Shown here one piece after another: positions 22,501 through 33,992 of a DNA stretch of 64,000 nucleotides. The stretch spans positions 576,001 through 640,000 of the forward strand of contig CM000153.2 of NCBI GenBank assembly GCA_000004695.1, read 5' to 3'. The stretch's first letter is position 1. Each line of letters begins with the position of its first letter. The notes below the pieces were generated by a model, which ran no database searches, had not been told where the DNA came from, and saw nothing but the letters and a program-made list of their open reading frames with translations. Origin of the DNA: Dictyostelium discoideum (taxonomy: Eukaryota). Both the position numbers and the translations under genes were made by a program.

Positions 22501-24163
22501 CACTACAACTAACACTACTACAAGCAATAATAATACAAACAACAATATCAACAATACTGATAATATTCTTGCCAATGTTTTTGATAATAAAAAATTACCA
22601 CAAAAGCAACAACAACAACAACAACACCAACAAAAACAACAACAACAACAACAAAATACAACTATAAATACACAAAAAATTACAATTCCAAATCATAGTA
22701 GTAATAATACACATACTACTAATATGCAACTTTATATTAATCATCCAATGGGTGAAATATCAGAGAATATTTATAATAGAGTTGGTGTTGAATATAATTC
22801 TTCATTTAAAGAGAGTCATATTAATTATCATCATCAACCAATATCTTCAATGGATTTAGAAGATCTTCAAGAGAAAATTGTTAATAATAATAATAATAAT
22901 AGTCAAAATAGTATTAATCAAAATAATTCAATAATTGCAACTAATATACCAATTGTTGGATGTGGAATAATTAAAAAGATAACATTGCATGAATTCCTCA
23001 GTTTGGCACATTGTCAATTTTTAGAAGATAAAGCATCTAGACGTGATTCAATGATTGGTATGCAATTTACAAATGTATTAGACGATCAAGATGATAATAC
23101 CAACAACAATAATAATAATAACAATGATATTGAATTTAAAAAGAGAATTAATAGTATTTATAATAATCAACGTCATTTAGTTATTTTAAAGAAAGGTTAT
23201 GAAGAATTAAAAACTATGGTATCAAATATAAAAGAGAGTAATCGTATGGAAGAGGAGAAAATCAATCAAAAGAATCCACCAATCTTTTCAAATATTCAAT
23301 TGAGTAGTGAAGAACTTTATGCAAAACAACGTCTATTAAAGAATATTAAATCATTTGCAAAACAAAAAGCACAATTGGCCTATAATGAATGGAGAAATCA
23401 ATTGGAAATTAAAATTTATGATGAAATTTTAAATTCAACTCATGAATTAATTAGTAGTGAAACTATATTAAATGAAAGTAAAAAATGGATTGAAAGAAGT
23501 ATTAAAACAATTGATGAAAATATAAATTATTTAATTGATATTGAAAAAGTTATAAAATTACAAAATCATCAATTAAATTCACCAATTTTATTATCATCAA
23601 ATAGTAATGCTAGTGGTAATAATAATAAACAACAACAACCAAATAAAGAAGAACAAGAACGTGAATTATTATCAATTTCTGAATTTACTAAACAATTTTC
23701 ATTATTTTTCAATTGGACACCGATTCAAATTTCAGAGAAATTAATATTATTAGAATTTAATGGTAAATTTTCAATCTCTTTAATTTTAAATCAAAATGAA
23801 ATTCAATCTTCAAATTTAATATTATTTTCAAATATTTCAAAGGTAAGTAATTATAAATATATATTAATTAAACTTAACTTACAATTTATTAACATTTTAA
23901 TTTTTTTTTTTTAAAAAAATAGTTTGAAATTGATTTAATAAATAAATCAAATATTAATAAAATGGTGAAAAGTATAAAAAATATTAAACAATTAAGTATT
24001 ATAATACAAGAGATTAGTTTTAGAATGTCAAGATTAAATACTTTAATTAAAGAAATTCAACAATTAGAAAGACTTTATAATATTAATAAAAATCAAGAAT
24101 CAATTTCAACAAATGTTAAAAATAAATATTCATTTAAATCAAATAATTTTAATGAAATATCAA

Positions 24164-24195
<32 letters not shown>

Positions 24196-24480
24196 GTAGG
24201 AGAAGAAGGAAAAGAAGAAAATCAATATGTTGATATTAAAGTTCAAATTTCAAATGTTGAAAGTTTAAAGAAAATTGTATTAAATCTTCAAATACCATTA
24301 TTATATCCAAAAGGTAAAATTGAATATGCTTTCACTACAATCATTGGATTTAATAATGGTAATACTCAAGGTTTCATTAATCAAATTAATCAAATTATTA
24401 CAAGTGAATTAAAAAGTAATCAAAGTAAATCAAAATTAACAAAAGTTTTACAATCATTAGAAATTTTAATTTCTTATTAA
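18665..24480 (+). CDS. KNL1/Spc105-like kinetochore scaffold protein candidate (~1850 aa); join(18665..18987,19183..23842,23923..24480)
   Basis: Exon 1 (Asn-rich) ends AG|GTAAGA. The intron is (TA)n-rich with acceptor CAATTACAG at 19182. Exon 2 begins [27 protein letters not shown], with RVSF at 19217..19228. It carries repeated [DE]M[ST][FLI]T..[FY] motifs ([12 protein letters not shown] ~19612, [12 protein letters not shown] ~20869, [13 protein letters not shown] ~21044, [12 protein letters not shown] ~21640), poly-Asp/Glu tracts, Q/P-rich repeats and a C-terminal coiled coil. A final exon after the GTAAGT intron 23843..23922 encodes a ~185-aa globular tail. Confidence 0.5.
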
Positions 24481-24576
24481 TAATAAAAAAAAACAATAAA
24501 AAAAACAATAACAAAAACAATTATTAATAATTGGGTATTACACATATTTTTATATATTTTTTATTTTCTTTTTAAT

Positions 24577-26174
24577 TTATAATTTTGAATTAATGAAATT
24601 TGAAAGTGATAAATTATTATTATTATTATTATTATTGTTATTATTAATAGTATTATTATTATTAATACCACCAATTGGTAAAGTTGTTACAGTTGAATTA
24701 TCAGATAATGATTTTTTATATTTATCTTGATATAATTCAATATAAGATTTTTGAAGATAATTATTTTCCAAACCTAATTTTTTACCAGCTTCTTGAACAG
24801 AGGTTGCATCGAAACCTTTGATTTGAACAAATGTTTGACCCAATTCTTCAAGTTCATCATAAGAGATAATGATTTTACCATCTTTAAAGATTGTTGATTT
24901 TCTATGAATGATTGCAACCATTTGATAGCCCAAGGACATTAGACCACCCAACATATTGACACCAACGACGAAATCGACACGTGGTGAAATGATGAAAGGA
25001 CCTTCTTTAATCTCCTCACTAAACATAATGCTATATTGACCATCGGCATTACGAACACGAATCCAATCACATGATGATGAGTTTGCAAAAGTAGTATTTG
25101 GTGGAATTAAATAGATGTCATAGTAACGTGCTGTGTTCTCTTGAATGGTGGATTTATTTAATACTGAATGAATCATGTCCACTGTAACACCTTGTTTAAC
25201 AGATTTTAAAATATAGATTGGATTTAATAGACCACCGAATGGGTTAAACTTATTGACCACTTGAATCTCGGCCAATTGTAAATCAGGCTCAATGAATGCT
25301 TTATACATTGGGTAAACGGTATCGGTGATTTGTTGTAGTGATTCGTGTGGTTGTTGACCAGTTCTATGAACATCTCTAAAAATACGTTTAATCAAATCGA
25401 AATGAACACCACCAGAGATCGATACTCTTAAATCCAATAAATGACGAATCTCTTCATGTAATGCATAGATACCTTCAATTAATAATACTTTGGATTCTGG
25501 TGGTTGTACTCTCTTGTATGCGTATCTACCACTCTTTGTAAAATCATATAATGGTAAATCAGTTGGTTTATTGCTAATTAAATCACTAATATTCTTTTTT
25601 AATAATTCAAAATCAACTAATCTATAATCATCATAATTCTCTTCAATAATTTGTCTTGAACTATCTAAATAATTATCTAATGAAATTAAACTAAAAAATT
25701 TTATAATTATAATTATTAGAAATTTTATTATCTCTTTCAAAAAATATATATTTTGTACATACATTGATTTTGGTAAAACAGAAACGATTTTTTGAGCAAT
25801 TGAAGTTTTACCAGCTCCTGATGGTCCAGCAATACCAACTACGATTACACTACCTTGACTCTTTTTTCTTATTGATTGAATTGCTCTAACTGCTAAAAAG
25901 AAACCTTTATCAAATGACTAGTAAATAAAGTAAATGAAAAAAAAATTAGATAAACTTTATTTATTTTCACACTATTATCAAAATAAAATAAAAAAAAAAA
26001 AAATAATAAAAAAATTATTTCTTCTTTTTTTATTTTTTTATTTTTCATAATAAAATAAATAATAATAATAATAAAAGTTTTTAATATACTTACAAGTGTA
26101 TCTTTTAATGGTTTAATTGTATATCTATCATCTTTATCAGGTCTTGGAATAACCTCAATCTCTAAACTGTCCAT
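24577..26174 (-). CDS. Uridine kinase/phosphoribulokinase-family P-loop kinase fused to a C-terminal CYTH-like domain (449 aa); complement(join(24577..25690,25763..25917,26094..26174))
   Basis: Exon 1 is MDSLEIEVIPRPDKDDRYTIKPLKDTL, donor GTAAGT. Exon 2 is SFDKGFFLAVRAIQSIRKKSQGSVIVVGIAGPSGAGKTSIAQKIVSVLPKS (Walker A), donor AT|GTATGT. Exon 3 is ILISLDNYLDSS...DYRLVDFELL...LLIEGIYALHEEIRHLLDLRVSISGGVHFDLIKRI, uridine-kinase-like. The C-terminal ~200 aa is beta-rich with EIK/IRVR motifs. Confidence 0.6.
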
Positions 26175-26250
26175 GATTGCTTTGGTTTATTTTTTTATTT
26201 TTTTTTTTTGTTTTTTTGTAAACTTTGGAAATTGATCGTTTTTTTATTTC

Positions 26251-26295
<45 letters not shown>

Positions 26296-26318
26296 AAAAT
26301 GAAAGAAATTTAAAAAAA

Positions 26319-26364
<46 letters not shown>

Positions 26365-26403
26365 AAATAAATAATAATAAAAAAAAATAATATTTTAAAT
26401 AAT

Positions 26404-26614
26404 TTATTCGAATTTTATATAACTATGTAATAATCTAATATCTTTCCAAATATGAATTGTATAATCAAATTTATGGGTCGACGATGTTTTATTTGGTACT
26501 AATACTTCGATCGGTTTAGGATTACTTTCATTATTATCTGTATTGATACAATTGCATTGACCAGAAATAGAAGGTGAACTAACTAATGTTTCTGTTGTTT
26601 TTTTTTTTTTTCAT
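26404..26614 (-). CDS. Possible small ORF or terminal exon (~69 aa, ...TETLVSSPSISGQCNCINTDNNESNPKPIEVLVPNKTSSTHKFDYTIHIWKDIRLLHSYIKFE). Initiation depends on the length of a 14-A homopolymer
   Basis: A GC-enriched island of ~200 bp in otherwise pure A/T DNA. The open frame ends at TAA 26404-26406. ATG at 26614-26612 is followed by A14 and is out of frame by one base. Confidence 0.2.
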
Positions 26615-27664
26615 AAAAAAATTGAAAAAAAAAAAAAATATGGACAAAAAAAATTAATTAATTAATTAAATGAAAAAAAAAAAAAAAAAAAAAAGGTAAA
26701 AAGAAGAGTAAAGTAAAAAAAAAAAAAAATGATAAAAAAAAAAAAAAAAATAATAAAAAAAAAGTTTTACTAGTTAGTTCTTGCTCCCAGCATTAATCAT
26801 TTTATCACATGGATTTAGATTTTTTATTTTTTTTTATTTTTATTTCCATTTTTAAAAAAATAAAAATAAAAATAAAAATAAAAATAAAAAAGACATCATA
26901 CTCATAATCATTTTTTATTTTTTTTTTTTTTTTTTTTTATATTATATTATATTATTATTGTTTTTTTAAGCTAGGTTTGGATTAAATATAAATATTGAGA
27001 ACAATATGGTTATTATTTTTGGTTATTAAATTAATGGTAAAGAAATTTTTTTTTTTCTTTTTTTTTTTAAACCTCTATTTATTTCTTCTTTTTTTTATAT
27101 TATTTTGTTTTTTTTTATTTATTTATTTTCTTTTTATTTATTTTTTGTCCGTTTTTTTTTTTAAAAATATTCTTTTAAATCTAAAAATCTTATATTAAAC
27201 GATAAAATTACTATTTTTTTTTTTTTTTTTTAAATTTGATCATTTTATAGATAATCTTTTGAAAAAAAAAAAAATAATAAAAACAAAAAATTTAAAATTA
27301 AAAAATAAAAAAATTAAAATTTAAATTAAAATTATAAAATAATGGAAAAAAAAAAACTAATTCCACCGCTCTATTATTATAATAATCAATGCATCATTTA
27401 CCATAGATTTTTTTATTTTAAAATAAAGAACCACAACTAAAAATAAAATTTTAAAAAATTGTATAAAATAATTGTCATTTTTTTTAACCATTTTTTATAT
27501 TTTATTGTCTTTTGATTAAAAGTTTATTTTATAATTTATTTAATTTTTTTTAATTTTAATATTTTTTTTTTTTTTTTTGCTCATCAAATTATTTTAAAAT
27601 TATTTTGTTTTTGTTGTTGTAAAATTATGATTTATCTTATTTGTTGTAAAATTATTTTTTTCCC

Positions 27665-27710
<46 letters not shown>

Positions 27711-27789
27711 ATTATTTTTATTATTTTTTTATTATTTTTTTATTTTTTATTATTTTTTTTTATTTTATTATTTTAAAATCTAAATAAAT

Positions 27790-27964
27790 TTAAATATGTG
27801 CTTTTGCTCTAGCTCTAATGGATCTAGCCAAAACATCTAACCAACCATAAGTATTTAAAATATTTGAAACATAATTATGATCTGTATAATTTTGGTTAGT
27901 TTTTATATTATTTGTTATAAAATCTTTTTTTGAATTTGATCCGACACCTTTTATTGATTGTATT
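27790..27964 (-). CDS. 3' terminal fragment of an unknown gene (...IQSIKGVGSNSKKDFITNNIKTNQNYTDHNYVSNILNTYGWLDVLARSIRARAKAHI*) interrupted by the assembly gap. A candidate ATG lies at 28073-28071 on the far side of the gap
   Basis: Coding-like open frame runs directly into the N run. Across the gap the minus strand reads AAAAAATGTGGGTT|NNN, a typical A-rich start context. Confidence 0.3.
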
Positions 27965-28064
27965 NNNNNNNNNNNNNNNNNNNNNNNNNNNNNNNNNNNN
28001 NNNNNNNNNNNNNNNNNNNNNNNNNNNNNNNNNNNNNNNNNNNNNNNNNNNNNNNNNNNNNNNN
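27965..28064. other. Assembly gap (100 N)
   Basis: Run of exactly 100 N characters. Confidence 0.99.
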
Positions 28065-28070
28065 AACCCA

Positions 28071-28120
<50 letters not shown>

Positions 28121-28273
28121 GATATTAAAAAAAAAATAAAAAAGAAATATAAGTTCATTCTCGTTGGAAACTGTTGTTGGAAAAAAATAATGAAATAATC
28201 AAAGAAAAAAGGGGTTTATAAATAATAATAATTTTTATCATTTGATTCATTAATGATTAAATTAAATTATTTT

Positions 28274-28322
<49 letters not shown>

Positions 28323-28562
28323 GAAAAGAAAATAATTTTTTCTTAAATTATTTGTTGGTGAAAAAATAAATCCTTTTTTTTTTTTTTTTTTTTTTTTAAG
28401 GGAAAATTTGCCCCCCCTGATTAATTTGTTTTTCAAAAAAAAATTTGGGGTTTTTTCGGCCTTCCCCCTGGGTAGGGTTAACCTTAAACCCCTGGGTTTG
28501 GGTTTTCCAATTTTAAAAAATTTTGGAATTTAAAAAATTAAAAAATAAATAATGAAAAGTGA

Positions 28563-28600
<38 letters not shown>

Positions 28601-29067
28601 TAAAAATAGAGAGTGGGGTCATGTTGTTGGAAATTAATTTTTTTAGTATAGACATCCAATAAATTAAATTATTAAAGATATAAAACAATGGTATTTTTTG
28701 GATTTTATTAATCTTTAAATAAATTATAAATATAAATAATTATTTTAGATAAGAATATTTTAATACTATTTTTTTTTTTCTTTTTAATTTTAAAAAATTG
28801 GAACCATTATAGTTCAATTTTAATTAATCAAAATGTTGGTAACTATCCATTTATTTATTTTTTATATTTATATATCCATTAAATAAAATATAAATGAAAA
28901 ATTTTGAAAACATTTTAAAACAATTTTTTTTTTTTTTTTTTTTATTTAAAAAATAAAATAATTTTATTTAATTGTAATGGTACTATGCTTTTTATTATTA
29001 AATATAATCAATTATAAATATTTGAAAATAAAATTCAAAATAATTTAAAATTAATTATTAATTTTTT

Positions 29068-29358
29068 TTAAAGGCTAATGTCAGCATCAACATGAACAGA
29101 TAATAATGGAGCAAGGTTTAAATCAATGCATGCAGCAACATCTAAAAGTTGATTAGAGTTTGAACCAAATTGTGATGAGCTTATTGTGTTTTTTAATTGA
29201 CTCTTTTGGGAAACTGATTTAATGGAGCTGATTGATTGTAATGATTCTATATAATTTAAAATAAATAATAATAAAAAAGGAATTAGAATGGATCTAAATC
29301 TCACAAATTGAATTATTATTTTTGGGGAAATATTTTGATGATAATTACTAAATAACAT
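29068..29358 (-). CDS. Small Ser-rich protein, tandem paralog 1 (~61 aa, MLFKSLQSISSIKSVSQKSQLKNTISSSQFGSNSNQLLDVAACIDLNLAPLLSVHVDADISL); complement(join(29068..29246,29349..29358))
   Basis: 10-nt first exon ATGTTATTTA, donor GTAATT, 102-bp AT-rich intron, acceptor TTATATAG. The same exon 1 and acceptor context are conserved in the paralog ~970 bp downstream. Confidence 0.45.
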   Translation of the reverse strand: MLFSNYHQNISPKIIIQFVRFRSILIPFLLLFILNYIESLQSISSIKSVSQKSQLKNTISSSQFGSNSNQLLDVAACIDLNLAPLLSVHVDADISL

Positions 29359-29462
29359 TTTGGAATTTTATGTTTATTTTTTTTTAAAAAAAAAAAAGGT
29401 AATGATACAAAAATATGTTTATTTGATTTGAAATAAAAAAAGAGTTTCTTTTTTGGTTTTTA

Positions 29463-29503
<41 letters not shown>

Positions 29504-29666
29504 GGAATTAATTAGAAAAAAAAATATAAAAAATAAAATTTAATATTTATTACAAAATTCATTAGATCTTTTTTATTAAAATAAAATAATACCTATTTTT
29601 GTAAAAAATTTATTATTTATAAAAAAAAACTGATCTATTAAAAATTTATATTATACAAATGGTGTA

Positions 29667-29706
<40 letters not shown>

Positions 29707-30033
29707 ATAAATTTAAATTTTATACAAATTACCAAATAAAGAAACAACCTATTTTATAATTTTGTGGTTTTCAAAATAAATTTAGATCCCAATTCTATTT
29801 TTAGAACCACCACTAAAAAAAAAAAAAAATAAAAAAAAATAAAAAAAAAAATAAAACATATAAAAATAATTAAAAAAATAAAAAGGTGTTAACGGAATAA
29901 TTAATTTATGTATCAATTAATTAATTTTTATAGTAACGATATTATAATGTATTAAAATTTTTTAAAAAATAAATAATTATTTTTATTTATGCACACAATT
30001 GTAATGATACTGATTTATATGATTTTTTTTCCT

Positions 30034-30316
30034 TTAAAGGCTAATGAAAGCATCAATATGAGCAGATAATAATGGAGCAAGATTTAAATCAATGCATGCA
30101 GCAACGGCTAATAGTTGATTAGAATTTGAACCAAATTGAGTTGAATTAATTGTGTTTGTTAATTGACTCTTTTGGGAAACTGATTTAACAGAACTGATTG
30201 ATTGTAATGATTCTATATAATTTAAAATAAAATAAAATTAAAAAAAGAATTAATAAAGGATTAATTTTAAAATAAAAATTAAAATTTTAAAAAAAAACAT
30301 ATTTACTGAATAACAT
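30034..30316 (-). CDS. Small Ser-rich protein, tandem paralog 2 (~61 aa, MLFKSLQSISSVKSVSQKSQLTNTINSTQFGSNSNQLLAVAACIDLNLAPLLSAHIDAFISL); complement(join(30034..30212,30307..30316))
   Basis: Exon 2 is ~88% identical to paralog 1. Read without splicing, the frame has an in-frame TAA and no ATG, so the 10-nt exon 1 (ATGTTATTCA|GTAAAT) plus a 94-bp intron is required. Same phase-1 junction as paralog 1. Confidence 0.45.
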
Positions 30317-30732
30317 TTTTAGTTTTTAAAGTAATGATACAAAAAAAGATATTTAGGATTGAAAAATAAAAAAAAAAAATCTTTCTTTTTATAGCAAAAA
30401 AAATTATTATTTTAAAAATTTAAGTTATTGGGTTTTAATAGCTTTTTAAATTTAAAACAATAATTTTAATTTTGTTTAGATTCAATAGATTGATTATAAT
30501 TTAAAATTACTTTTTTGTAAAAAAAGTTAAAATATTGTTTGGATTGATTAAAAAAAAAAAAAAAAAATTAAAAAACAAATAAAAATAATAATGGTAATTA
30601 ATATGTATTTTATGGGTTAATTTAAATTAAATTAATTAATCTGTACTATTTTTCAAAAATAGGTTAAAAAAAATAAAAATACATTTTTTTATTTACAAAA
30701 TATAAAATTATTGGAAAAAACAATTAGATAAC

Positions 30733-30776
<44 letters not shown>

Positions 30777-30938
30777 TAACACTTTTTTTTTAAGATTTGT
30801 TAAATAAATTAAAGTAAGGGGTTTTAGAAAAAATTAAAAAAAATAAGGAATAAATAAAGTTTTTTTTTGAAATTAAATAAATTATTTCTATTTATTTATT
30901 ATCGATATTATATTATTTTTATTATTTTATAATTTTAA

Positions 30939-32048
30939 TTAAGCTATAATTGAATAAAATTTATTTTTAGAAGAGAAAATGATTCGATTTTTTGAAATTA
31001 TTTGAGCAGATTGTAAAGGTTCATTCGACATCATACTATTTACATTTAATACCTTTGAAAATTCTACAGAATCGTTATCGTTACCACAATCATTATTATT
31101 ATTTTGATTATTTTGATTATTAATATTATTACCGCTATTAAAGAGTGAAATGGTTCCTTCAGAAGACCATGTTATCATTTGTTGAGAAGATTGATTTCTA
31201 TGAATACCTAATAAATCTTTATTATGAGATTGAAATGAATTTAAACAGGTTGAACTATACATATTCCAAACTTTAAATTTACAATCTTTTGATGAGCCTG
31301 TTAATATTATTGGATCTCTAACAGCATGTGGCGATCTAAATAAAACTGAATCAACACCTATACTACCACCACTGCTGGAAGATGGTGGTGAATGAGTTAA
31401 TGTACGAAAACAATGAGAATTTCTAATATCCCATAATTTGACTTTACCATCTGAATCACCAGAAATCATTAATGGTTGATGAGATTGTGAATCAATTGAC
31501 AAGATACCAACTCCACCATTATCCATTTTTGAGATTGGGTAAAGTGATTTCTCAAGATCCCAAATTTGAATTGAAGAATCTTTAAATGAACTTGTAATTA
31601 CATGAGTACCATTCCAAGTGATATCTTTAATCGTATGTCGTTGTTCATCACATTTAATAACTTTAATTGGTAATAGTGTTGTTGGGCTATTAGCACTACC
31701 ACTAAAATCTGTCTTTTTCAATTCAAATAATGATATATTATTATTTGACATTGCAACAACTAAAAATACCTTTTCATTTATAATTTGATATTTCATACAA
31801 ACTACTGATTGTTCCATTTGTAATGTACTTGTTAATGATTCATTATCTAAACTAAAATATTTAACAATATTACTATCTTGATATGATACTAAAAATGAAT
31901 TTTGTTCTGAAATATGATTTAAACTTTTAATTATTAAATTATCATTTAAATTATTCGTATTATTATTTTTATTATTTATATTATTATTATTATTATTATA
32001 ATTATTATTTGATAAAAATGATTTTTTGGTGAAAGATGATTTAAAAAA

Positions 32049-32093
<45 letters not shown>

Positions 32094-33695
32094 TACATTA
32101 TCACTAACATTATTATATATACAATTTTTAGTTTCAACTTGCATTGATAAAGAATAATCATTTATATCTTGTGCATAGTAACCATTTTTTGAAGAATTTT
32201 TATTTGATTTTATTTGATTATTTATATTACTTTCTCTTAAATTATTATTTGATTCTGATGATTTGGTTAAATTATTGTCACTACTACTGCTACTGCCACT
32301 GCTAGTGCTAGTGCTACCACTACTGGTATTATTTGATGAACAATTTAAATTTAAATTTAAAAATAATGGATCAGATTCAATTTGATTTAAAATTTGCAAA
32401 ATCTCTTTAAATGAAGGTCTTAGTGATGGTGTAATATTCCAACATTTTGAGATTAATTCAACCCAATAAGGTGGGAAACCATTTAATGGTAATCTATAAT
32501 CTTCAACCGAAGCTAAAAATGCCAATCTTAAAGGTTCCATACCATTATATGGGTCACGACAAGTTACAATCTCCCAAAGAATGATTGCAAATGAGTAGAC
32601 GTCAACTTTTTCAGTGTAATTCTCTGCTTTGAAGCATTCTGGTGCCATCCAAGCCAAAGATCCCATGGCAGCGGTCATTTCGGTTGGACCTGGTTTCATC
32701 TCTTTCGATAGGCCGAAATCATTGATTTTGGCAACGGTGTAACTACTATTTAGAAGGATATTACTACTTGTTAAATCTCTGTGAACTATCGGACCCTCTT
32801 TAAAATTTGTATGTAAATAATTCATACCCTCTGCTATATCTCTTGCAATGGATAATTGAAGTGATGGTGGTAAATGGTAGCTTGACTTCTCGTCCAAGAG
32901 TCTTCTTAAACTGCCGCCTTCCATATACTCCATAATGATCGACCTGTCATTTGATGGGCCATCGAGTGAACATGCTCCTATAAACATCACACATGTAGGA
33001 TGGCATAGTTTGCTCATTATCGATACCTCCTTATCGAAAATCTCAGTCTCTGTTAAATCTCTAAACTTTATCAATGTTATCTTTTTCAAAGCAACACTTT
33101 TACCCCTCCACCTCGCCTTATAAACTTTACCAAAGAAACCTTGACCTATCTCTTTCTCCACTGTTAATTCTCTCGATGGGATTTCATGCTTCTTTAATGT
33201 TGATTTCAATTTAACCAATTGCTTAAAGTTGATTTTATTCTCTCCATTATTTAAAAATGATGAATTTAAACTACTACCACCTCTACTAAATATTTGATTA
33301 ATTTTATCATTAAAACTATTTGATGTAATTAATGTTGGTGATGTTGATGAAATATCTTCATTACCACCACCACCACCACCACCATTATTATTATTATAAA
33401 AATCATCACTGTCATCTACTATAATTTGTGTTGGTGCAAGATCAGAATCTGAATCTAAATCAGACTCCTTTTCTTCTTCAGTACTAGCAATTTCATCGTC
33501 ATCATCATCATCGTCATCATCATATTCAACATCTTCACTTTTATCATTGTTTCTATTACTACCACTACCAAAACTTTCAACTAATGAAGATGAATTTATA
33601 TAATTACCCATATCAATCGATGTTTTTATATTTATTTTATTATTTTCATTGTTTTCATTTCCTTGATTGTTATCATCTTTATCGTTATTAAACAT
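30939..33695 (-). CDS. TKL-group serine/threonine protein kinase with C-terminal WD40 repeats (918 aa)
   Basis: Single ORF from ATG at 33695. Kinase subdomains are present ([40 protein letters not shown]). WD40-like blades follow ([49 protein letters not shown]). N-terminal acidic and poly-Asp tract. Confidence 0.7.
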
Positions 33696-33992
33696 TGATG
33701 ACTATGAAATGTTATTTAAGACAAAATAAAAAAAATTTAAAAAAATAAAAAAAAAATAAAAAATAAAAAATTATTTAGTGGAGTGCACTATGAAAATAAT
33801 TGGAATAATAAAAAAAAATAAAAAAATAAAAATAAAAATTATTTTTTCTAGTAAAAACTAAAAAATTTGGAAAAAATTAAAACCAAAAAATTAAAAAAAT
33901 AAAAAAATAAAAAAAAAAAAATAAAAATTAAAATTTTTTTTTTTTTTTTTTTTAAAAATATGCTAAAATGGATATTTTTTTATTTTTTTTAT

